Source: Escherichia phage A4 | DNA length: 64,000 nucleotides | Strand: one strand, 5' to 3' | Sequence record: ON286972 | Part shown: piece after piece, positions 29,301 to 34,929 of the stretch | Layout: each line of letters starts with the position of its first letter | How positions within the stretch are numbered: the stretch's first letter is position 1 | Notes under the pieces: model-generated | The model's database searches: none | The model's input: only the letters and a program-made list of their open reading frames with translations | Told to the model about the DNA's origin: nothing | Position numbers and translations under genes: made by a program

Positions 29301-30347
29301 TACGTTTACACCAGATTTTGTTTGTGCTCTAATCCAGTTAACACCATTCCAGTACATGGATGTATTTTTATATACATTACCATCACGCACCAAAATAACA
29401 TCACCATTATGTGGCTCACCACTTGGGCGGTCGTCAGTTTCTTCATCTGGGTCCAATGCTAGACCATATGTGCGAGAACCATCTTGCATTTTCTTAATAA
29501 AAACTTTATAAATGCGGTTGTTTTCACCAACGTTACCTATACTAGTGAAAAGAATACGCATACCATCTTGTGGAATAATCCCGTCAATACGAATACCATC
29601 ATTTACGTCTTTTTGGACGATATCTTCTGGTTTAATTGTATCAGAGAAAAGATCCACAACACCACGGAAATGTGTCCCGTAGTTAATTAATTCGATATTT
29701 TTATTGTACTCGATGATTGGTGCTTGTGCACGAATAAAACGAGTATCTTGTGTCATGTCAGCAGTTAGTACTGTTCCATCTTCTAGTGTTTGACCAATAG
29801 TATACCAAAAGTTCTGTAGGGACCATGTGTTTCCGTTATCAGCACCACGTTCCATAACAATAAAGTCAGGAGTTGTGATACCATAACTATTTTTACTATC
29901 CCACAAATAGGAACTATAGTTGGTCATTTTGTTTGGGTTAATTGGCGGTGTCCAAGAATAGAACTTACCAGAAAATAGACGGCTCTCGTTTGAAGTTAAC
30001 GTGCCGTAGTGTTCCATGTAGCCAACCAAATCATCATAAAATTGAAGCGAACGAATGCTTGTGTCATCATTACGAGACACATATGCTGTTGATAATTGAT
30101 ATAGCTGACGTTCAACGGTTGCTTCGTCAAGGAAAATCTTAGCAGATGCAGCAGGAGAACCCATATCACCAATATATCCATCAACGATTTCATTATCCGC
30201 TGGATTGAACCATTGTTGAATTACATCATCACTAACCTTTTGAATGTCTTCTAAGCCTTGCATCCATTCAGGTAATCTTTTAATGAAAAGCTTCTGTTGT
30301 ACTGCTTCTGCCGTTTTAGTTGGTAGAAACTTAAAATTATTAGTCAT
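20370..30347 (-). CDS. giant baseplate-associated structural protein (at the T4 gp7 / P2 gpI position)
   Basis: ~3325-aa continuous ORF with no low-complexity repeats. Start moved from 30377 to the ATG at 30347, which has a GGAG Shine-Dalgarno 8 nt upstream; the 30377 ATG has none. Assignment by position after the gp25 and J-like genes only. Confidence 0.5.
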   Translation of the reverse strand: MTNNFKFLPTKTAEAVQQKLFIKRLPEWMQGLEDIQKVSDDVIQQWFNPADNEIVDGYIGDMGSPAASAKIFLDEATVERQLYQLSTAYVSRNDDTSIRSLQFYDDLVGYMEHYGTLTSNESRLFSGKFYSWTPPINPNKMTNYSSYLWDSKNSYGITTPDFIVMERGADNGNTWSLQNFWYTIGQTLEDGTVLTADMTQDTRFIRAQAPIIEYNKNIELINYGTHFRGVVDLFSDTIKPEDIVQKDVNDGIRIDGIIPQDGMRILFTSIGNVGENNRIYKVFIKKMQDGSRTYGLALDPDEETDDRPSGEPHNGDVILVRDGNVYKNTSMYWNGVNWIRAQTKSGVNVFPQFQLYDRDGFKLNDSTIYPSSNFVGSSLFGFKINYNYGTDKVYGYNIELGNYNYYMYENFLQSVRYTYDHLGVETEISGLYYYNVVGKDNELHLKTDWVRSKEDSKQFVKQTPQIEHTDMYRVFNTVFEMENFKNPLEGMYAYVTEVDRTYQYYKEERQTYMDWHVISGEGIQSERFNRTFELAQKIIDGKSTEIIEIQVDGVDVTDYTRHVYNNKVQSITLGEDVALKDESVIQIRTYSSTEVPNKELGAYEIPINLQNNPYNDNILYINQSNFTLHFKDIIQKNITSGSVDDFNDYEDRLSKGLVDNSVGTKIIQNEASMLPLMAHSANEDIDLFESVLFMQSEYFRFVNKFNTQMIRLYNENPANFLANNASNIVDEILTIINMGHDNTFPFYYDNVASTSGFIRAFVPPTPQFLGILKAHVPEKATFLNAGSKQSCYNISHTGAITKAYRVINGVDKMDDVIYELENRIFNSIDVIFKDEDYQPKLDASDLFPTPYFRDTEYNDEEKKNLLLRGYINFIATNGISNSSHDYDPNNWMTWNYTGTHYMVNGQQTQIAARGSWRAIYTDQFGTYRPATHPWEMFGFSQRPVWWNQEYEPTAVQVGERDGDVVYVYEALVINEQGNMVPSGLWDVGNEKGDSSTGTILFGARKGQYDKYKRFGTQPFKITKTGKQTASGVDICVIEYIAPEVLGLVYGSLNHRAEPWTYGDMGDMEFTYMNTAMFAYDELLMLFKAKPAQFTNYFWDTRNNTLKTVSGNEPQFLYGDTRLRLNFNSDTIVHGENSTRVIGYQMIVSDYLMYQNKNITTKYGEIVRSSHINVGHKLGGFTKADQLTFTSEATGLISQENQSIGLVRSNNIRNEQMSAIKITWTGSAYQIDGYDLVSATFNYKLPVKNGHKVSLKVDNRNVVHYNEWKNDASIPYGTLMNTFQEVYTFICGYGEYLKQHGWIFEEVDESGIQQDWNTIAKDFLIWSQQQLSTGEFISCTPSAINAKFGTDFGSVQSIAQNSGGVWSLLDDSNQGIRQFEIETSRIGNIFTVRTTEESNKRIALIRLSISSYEHAVIFDDQTIFGDYIYEPTYGAVQELIKLYGYITGSWSGRLQAPGFIILEAGTLPSFETLVSNFQQYYDNETPVSDVQLNELSNHLIGYQSRDYLQRMITNEPGRIDFYKGFIHDKGTNQVLEKVLRVSKSYNTDEYKALQEWAFRVGSYGNIDGVKNLQFKLINNEFKQQPQMITFDRYSDKVESENEIVYYGEIGEDSRWISRPKGKFSFPMRNGRSENIQLPNIGPVTLDEIDYTTLNYETANQDRISYMNNSGKIPTSVWMFQDINNEWNVYDLVDTGITMVSITPIESEDPYAEQYCKVLLSDDIPLNDGDYYYFVDETNFMPDALRDECQYYTSGLDPKVMVVPFDTSITIDFSTVESAPRLYRYVSRFSTQQERDEYIAKKYSYSAPESTLFDRPTTYDERTNITALYLNVFDPINGVIPGVAMQDVDFISPVDPAQYSSNGELLQAWGAEKVGKVWWNTSTAFYLDYTRPIFDEDGNVDVKATNEYKRYNWGKLLPHSVIDVLEWVSSPVEPYNWEKYCAEQANKNKNNTMYLPSGIAMDENYSSSMEYDPITDTYVVRYYFWVRNTIYVPPMTTRSKSCTDIARIIQDPTQLNVPWFAPINENSFILSNMQFEVNDDTSILTISYRNDNIEVLKHDQYQLCKEGDSYDFNPDIWNSLWNSLIGQETTSTGVVNEIIYPKVETGLGSNKTWFQNVIEARRAFVESANNFYRSQNITTNSVVMNDVFNVKTLKMNPNDITFRVLSFNNELVIAPEDNRFKENDAVFVSSIGTLPAPLSSSSVYFVHIDPNGYIQLMNSPSAVGSTVTITLENRGEGQHKMIKQADFIESLGTSLDMTQYWNLADWYDTGYDSNTEYTQEVSLDDANTKNYQIGDIIRVTDSDGVWTLYIKTASRNNIYWKAIGRENSTVELNSMLYSGYNVYNDDGSLNSHEVNVRNALALLKNSFNLYQSNIVFDMVKYVHTEQSVVDWVFKTSYIYIVGLEQSLVQNYSNDNLINQIVEYFEEVKPYRTKIRSQIEQKTSDDDLINGISNDLDPDGYILVDGVWVKTEKDIWDLEYAQFNDVTQRWEKIGSLPSDFITPNRRFQEIDVIMHYDNIQCDPYDSNYTIDELKSTNSKYQSNASDIGNDYELQRYVYTFPEYDNNTLISQIGIEMTTKYSDLDISNGVIKGIDAWYKAHSTDIAMTDQFTADLEQVTADTNNSNILEDVKKYIQYNTLATRVKMFKNISDDMVSNEIGCPFKGTNYNDNPNTRLPFGFSASSDYNYGYFEISIELYEKYVDMIKKNHPEFTNEDQVRNILEIEYGVYCYKYDTTLNDRYYSDTVHVLSAMRQTFNKNILDHYYVAREILSNRAVDKYAFVMMPRKYVYVVNAAGEYLPIPESYSISDFMEDLFITTGESVVLAEIDLNDLPQDQNNPMYSAYVEVLESINTAKYFNDMNAFDNLALESQTKSIKWEVKDSEIDPYIIDISELNPSGRTMAQLRFTVDGYGFDEVAQEQLKDTSRFQIEGMIVQNPYNMSEAVVSIPSYDIVIENMGKDVFKESEKYFFPISEIKTITEIKVHDEGLKDGDKVMIFTPDGEDYVRFQDGNWVTILSASKIQSSKKPKLYTVRVLGNGNVELVDSNGVVLMFDSITKRESNERFYTLSMNLVRIRTFQDPEFDDNGLKLYENNRHYSIHALNYEVFYDETLYGGKFNDGITPDEIDLWLVSNEIFEVDGITIDNGYNQPISGKGVLGELVRAKMTDGIEITVFEYDVDVIQPVLSYDRVWQYAQPVVNNTFIKEVGCGVINITTVEDEAITYVAKPRSISPYIITDSVLSGAAAQNDDIIVVGYEKVQVRNTDRLLRGVMYSAEHNFTKGTSYSFNGLNLGSIDKFTQYQNFYPPIPLDTFRNGLSITGTDIENLLNIQ

Positions 30348-30380
30348 GTATAGGACTCCATAAATTCGTTCATTCATTTG

Positions 30381-30392
30381 ATTTATTTATGC
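30381..30392 (-). promoter_or_regulatory. late-promoter-like motif before the giant gene
   Basis: Minus-strand CATAAATAAAT ~35 nt upstream of ATG 30347. Confidence 0.4.
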
Positions 30393-30395
30393 TAT

Positions 30396-30419
30396 AAAAA
30401 AGGCGACCCGAAGGCCGCC
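30396..30419 (-). terminator. terminator/attenuator between J-like gene and giant gene
   Basis: Minus-strand GGCGGCC-UUCG-GGUCGCC (one G-U) followed by UUUUUU. Confidence 0.5.
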
Positions 30420-30428
30420 ACGATTTTA

Positions 30429-33400
30429 TTAAAAACCAATATTAATATTACTTTTAGCTAGAGAGTTAACGATTTGTACGTTATCAACGGTAGCAGTACT
30501 AATGAATATTTGGTCAGGTCTAGAAGGTATCTCAAACAATGAACCAAACTTAGAATTAGGGTTTTGAGCTACAATTACAACAGTACTAATGTGTCTACCA
30601 AGTTGGGTATGAAGGTACGTACACAAATCAGTATAATAGAAACTTTCACCAAAATCCCAGTTCTCAACTGCAAAGTACTGGTTAGTTAATGAAACAATAT
30701 TTTGACGAATTTCATCATCACTCATTGTACTATTAGGTAATTTCACTACTTTGAAATCAGCTTTATAATCCGGTGCTGCACTATTACCAAATAAAGGCAA
30801 ATATTCAGCACTGTGCCATATCAAACTATCACTAATTACAGTTTTCTTCTCAACATCCTTGAAGATATCTTGTAATTCAACCGATGTTGGTGGTTTAGGC
30901 ATATCACCTTTAGCACCATTCTTCAACCAAATATCAACTTCTGTCTTATATGAGTTTGTTAAAACATACATATCAATTAAGTTGGTTCTGCTTGGGTCGA
31001 TTCGATTATCATCTGGTGCATAATGCTTCCAGTGGAAGTTAATAGACGTTCTAGCATTAGTTTTTATAGTAAGTTCAGATGTAATATCCTTATAACCATA
31101 ATAATTAAGCTTTTTATTAGCGTCAACACTTGTACCCATGTTTTTAATACAACGATAGAAAGCAGTTTCTGGAGTAGCCGCACTTGGGTCTGTAACTTCA
31201 GTCATGTTCTGAATTAGAACACCCAAACGGTCATTGTTATTACCAACTGTTTGTTCGATGAAGTAATATTGCCCTTCGTATTGGAATGCAATAATAAAAC
31301 CAGTACCTTTACTATATAGTTCACTTAGTGTAGTTGAGCGAATTTCATTATTACGAATGAATTCTTGTCTCTTGTACGCATTAGTTTCCGCTAATGCCTG
31401 ATCCATTGTGTAATTCCATGTTGAATCCATGATAGTGAATGATGAATTTGGTAATGTCAATGAAGAAATAGTAAAATCTTCATTTTGTTGAAATACCAAT
31501 ATACCACCATATTTTCTAGAATCTTCACCTGTCCAATCAGGAACAATAGATTGGAATTGGTTAGGATTTAATGGAATACCATTACTATCCATACTTTCTG
31601 ATGTAATTACAACTCTTGAACCATCCAAATAACCATTTTCTTGTTTTATTGTATCCAGAATCTGGAAATCAATGTTATTGGTTAGGCCCACGTTACTAGT
31701 ACTGGTAGAGTTTGATGAAAGAATCTCAATTTTATCACTTTGCACTGAACCAGTACTAATATCAGTGATTTTCTTAGAGCTTACAAAGTAAAAACGAACT
31801 TTTTCTCCACCAACAAATACATACTCAACACCATTGGAATCAAATTCCCATGTTTCAGCAGTGTATTGGATGTTAACCATCACCTGTACTAACGAACCAT
31901 TGTATGTTATAGTATCACTAGTGGTTGTCATTTCCAAAGGAACCCATGTAGTGGATACAATATCATAAATTAGAATAAAGTTAGTTTTCTTATCTAACAT
32001 TGCAGCAATATTTTGTACTTCAACTGTGTTGAAACGAGTTCTATATGGGCTAATGTACTCCTGAATCTGCATAGAGGAAGAAATTGGTGTACTTAGAACA
32101 TAAAAACCGTTAGGTAACACGCTAACAATACTAGCCCATACGATATTATTTGAACTACTACCGAATTTAATTAATGTACCAACTTTATAATCACCATAAA
32201 TTGTACCAGTTGCCCCAATAATACGACCATAAGTATTAGTTGCATAGCTTGAACTATATGATGGAACCCAGTTTTGTTGTAATTCAACACGTACTGTATT
32301 CTGCGGATATGCTTGATACTTCTGAATAACAGCATTTTCACCAATTAATGGTTGTATATCATCGATAACAATACTAGAATTAGATTTAGTACTTGGTAAA
32401 TTAACAGATTTATTGTATTTGGTGACATTTTTGTACATTGCACCATCATCACTAAACACGTCAGTGTTTTGATACTTACCAGTTGGGTCATTTATGTCAA
32501 TAAATCGTGATTGTCCACTGTAAATTCGGTTAATCGCTTTAGATTTCAGTACTGCATTACCTTGACTCAACGGAGCAATGTTATAATCTTCACCATTCAC
32601 AAAACGGTTTTGAGTATAATACATTTGTGGTGCACGAGCTTTAATTTGCTCAAGGGTTTCTGCACTTTGTGCACGGTCTGATTCAAATTGTAAACTAAAT
32701 TTAATATCTAATGTACTATTCTCATAGTTAGATTGTGATTTAGTTCTGTAAATGTACTTAACACTTTTGTTTTGAATGTCAGCAGTTTTGATGTTGTATG
32801 TTTCGCCATTACTAACACGATACCAAACGCGATATGTACCACGTGGAACAACACCACTACGTGAATCAGGGAACTTAATACTGATTTGGTCACGATCACG
32901 AGTAGTTACCGCATAAATTGTTTTAAGTTGGCGTGTTACAGTGTTATATGCGATACTTTCCATCGATGGAACCTTAGTCCATTTAGTACGAACTATACCA
33001 TCTTCAGTGATTTCCTGTACCCATACGTCAGTTTCGTTAATATTGTCTACGTTTATATCCTGAATACGGTTTTCTTGTCTTACATCGTATTGGAAATCTT
33101 GATATTGTAATGTTCCTTGAATAAAATAAACAAAGAATCCAGTATTAGGTGAACTAAAACCATTACCATCATTCTGATACACAATATATTTCTGTTCTTG
33201 TGGCTCAGGGTGTCTTTCATCAACACCAATAACGTTAATATCTGGGTTTACGACTTCAAATGTCATCGATTCACCATTTACTGTTGCGGTGAATGGTAAA
33301 TTAGGTGCAGACATAGGTAAAGTGTTCATTCTATACAAATGACGAGACACACCATTAATATCTAAACGTTTTACTGGATTACCAAACTGGTTCGTACTGA

Positions 33401-33893
33401 CAAATGCACTATTCATCACCAGAATAAAGTTTTCATACCAGTTAGAGTCCATTGGGTCATTCCAACGGATAATTTTATCTTTAAGAGATTCGTTATAGCT
33501 GTTGCGAACGTCTTGGTTAGTTTTAATTTCAGTTAGTTTTGCTGTTGCTCGCCCTGGATATGCACGACGAGGTGAATATGAGATCATTTTAGCTAATTTA
33601 AGTACAGATGCACGACGACTAGCAGTATCTAGGAAGTTTTCACGCGTGTTTAAATCCATACGAAATGCTAAGTTTTGTCCAAGCATCGCAATGGTATCTA
33701 AAATGAAGATAAACTGGTCATTCTCAATCCAGTCATTGAATGAATCAGGATATGTTTGACGCAAATAATCAATCATACTTTGACGTATAGTATCGAAGTC
33801 ATAAGCCGTCAGATTTATTTTATAGAAACTTTCATATACCTGGGTCCAGTCTTCCCCCGCGTATAAATTAGATTGTCTTTTTTGTTGTGACAT
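30429..33893 (-). CDS. baseplate wedge protein (at the gp6 / P2 gpJ position)
   Basis: 1154-aa ORF directly downstream of the gp25 homologue; assignment by conserved W-J-I gene order only. Confidence 0.45.
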   Translation of the reverse strand: MSQQKRQSNLYAGEDWTQVYESFYKINLTAYDFDTIRQSMIDYLRQTYPDSFNDWIENDQFIFILDTIAMLGQNLAFRMDLNTRENFLDTASRRASVLKLAKMISYSPRRAYPGRATAKLTEIKTNQDVRNSYNESLKDKIIRWNDPMDSNWYENFILVMNSAFVSTNQFGNPVKRLDINGVSRHLYRMNTLPMSAPNLPFTATVNGESMTFEVVNPDINVIGVDERHPEPQEQKYIVYQNDGNGFSSPNTGFFVYFIQGTLQYQDFQYDVRQENRIQDINVDNINETDVWVQEITEDGIVRTKWTKVPSMESIAYNTVTRQLKTIYAVTTRDRDQISIKFPDSRSGVVPRGTYRVWYRVSNGETYNIKTADIQNKSVKYIYRTKSQSNYENSTLDIKFSLQFESDRAQSAETLEQIKARAPQMYYTQNRFVNGEDYNIAPLSQGNAVLKSKAINRIYSGQSRFIDINDPTGKYQNTDVFSDDGAMYKNVTKYNKSVNLPSTKSNSSIVIDDIQPLIGENAVIQKYQAYPQNTVRVELQQNWVPSYSSSYATNTYGRIIGATGTIYGDYKVGTLIKFGSSSNNIVWASIVSVLPNGFYVLSTPISSSMQIQEYISPYRTRFNTVEVQNIAAMLDKKTNFILIYDIVSTTWVPLEMTTTSDTITYNGSLVQVMVNIQYTAETWEFDSNGVEYVFVGGEKVRFYFVSSKKITDISTGSVQSDKIEILSSNSTSTSNVGLTNNIDFQILDTIKQENGYLDGSRVVITSESMDSNGIPLNPNQFQSIVPDWTGEDSRKYGGILVFQQNEDFTISSLTLPNSSFTIMDSTWNYTMDQALAETNAYKRQEFIRNNEIRSTTLSELYSKGTGFIIAFQYEGQYYFIEQTVGNNNDRLGVLIQNMTEVTDPSAATPETAFYRCIKNMGTSVDANKKLNYYGYKDITSELTIKTNARTSINFHWKHYAPDDNRIDPSRTNLIDMYVLTNSYKTEVDIWLKNGAKGDMPKPPTSVELQDIFKDVEKKTVISDSLIWHSAEYLPLFGNSAAPDYKADFKVVKLPNSTMSDDEIRQNIVSLTNQYFAVENWDFGESFYYTDLCTYLHTQLGRHISTVVIVAQNPNSKFGSLFEIPSRPDQIFISTATVDNVQIVNSLAKSNINIGF

Positions 33894-33941
33894 TTATTAA
33901 TCCTTTAAGCCAATAAAGTACTGGGTCAGTACTGAAATTTT

Positions 33942-33957
33942 ATATAGAAATATTTAT
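33942..33957 (-). promoter_or_regulatory. late-promoter-like motif
   Basis: Minus-strand ATAAATATTTCTATAT upstream of the J-like gene. Confidence 0.45.
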
Positions 33958-33985
33958 CCAAAAGAAAAGCACTCCGAAGAGTGCT
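33957..33985 (-). terminator. rho-independent terminator after gp25 gene
   Basis: Minus-strand AGCACUC-UUCG-GAGUGCU followed by UUUUCUUUU. Confidence 0.55.
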
Positions 33986-33992
33986 TAGTAAA

Positions 33993-34388
33993 TTATAATT
34001 TAGATGTTGTGAATGTCGCCATTCTATTATTACTTCTGGCATCAAACACTATAGTTAGTTGTTCTAATTTATCAAGCATTACATACTCTAAAATTATATC
34101 CAAACGATAACCATATTCAACATTACTAACTGTTAGATTTTTTAAATTCAAACGTGGGTCTAATGAAATAATTCTACGAGCGTCAGCTTCTAAAAGATTT
34201 TTTGTATTATAACCATCAAGTTCAAAAATCAAATCCCAAGCAATGAAACCATAATCAGCATCAAATGCTCTTTCACCTTTCTTTGTATTGAAGTGGTTCA
34301 TCAAATCCTGTCTCACCAACTCAGCATCATACAGAGTTTGTGTTTTACCCACAACAGGAGTAGAGAAACCTTTAAAAACTATTGCCAT
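33993..34388 (-). CDS. gp25: baseplate wedge protein gp25 (gpW family)
   Basis: TKKGERAFDADYGFIAWDLIFE aligns with T4 gp25 TRKGSRPFDPEFGCDLSDQLFE; size (131 aa) fits. Confidence 0.8.
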   Translation of the reverse strand: MAIVFKGFSTPVVGKTQTLYDAELVRQDLMNHFNTKKGERAFDADYGFIAWDLIFELDGYNTKNLLEADARRIISLDPRLNLKNLTVSNVEYGYRLDIILEYVMLDKLEQLTIVFDARSNNRMATFTTSKL

Positions 34389-34401
34389 AGACTTTCCTCA
34401 T

Positions 34402-34890
34402 TTATACGGATTCAACAATCCTTGCCATTTTTTCAGCACGAGAAGTTGTTTGACGATACCAAGCGGAATCACGCATTTCTTTGCCAGCGGTTTTATAATC
34501 ACCACGACCCAATGCTGCCATTGCTTTCTTAAAGTTCAATACACGAGATTTACCCATTTGGAATACCATCATCCAAAGTACACGTTGTACTTGAATAGGT
34601 GCAGTCATTCCGAATTGATCGTAAATCTCTTTTGCTTCTCTGTATGCATTTAGGGAATCTTTTTGAAGTAATGCTTCAGCTTCAGCTTCCGTTAGCCCTG
34701 CACTGAAATTTTCACCTTTTAGTACTAAGTGACCATATCCAATGGTATCTAGTCCTAGGCTATCTTTATAAACTCTGAATTTACCATTCTTGAAATAACC
34801 TAATTTAGTTTGGAAAGCAATAGTACCTTCAAACTCTTTAATTTCTTTCAAATACTGTGCATCATCAGGTTTAATTTCCCATTTACTCAT
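34402..34890 (-). CDS. T4-type lysozyme (GH24), stand-alone
   Basis: EFEGT...DTIGYGHL...MVFQMG...SAWYRQT matches T4 lysozyme catalytic Glu/Asp/Thr and the conserved MVFQMG block; paralogue of the gp5 C-terminal domain; two AATAAATATT motifs upstream. Confidence 0.85.
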   Translation of the reverse strand: MSKWEIKPDDAQYLKEIKEFEGTIAFQTKLGYFKNGKFRVYKDSLGLDTIGYGHLVLKGENFSAGLTEAEAEALLQKDSLNAYREAKEIYDQFGMTAPIQVQRVLWMMVFQMGKSRVLNFKKAMAALGRGDYKTAGKEMRDSAWYRQTTSRAEKMARIVESV

Positions 34891-34903
34891 ATACTTCTCC
34901 TAT

Positions 34904-34929
34904 AATATTTATTGGATAAAATATTTATT
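34904..34929 (-). promoter_or_regulatory. tandem late-promoter-like motifs before the lysozyme gene
   Basis: Two AATAAATATT copies on the minus strand between the gp5-like stop and the lysozyme ATG. Confidence 0.4.
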
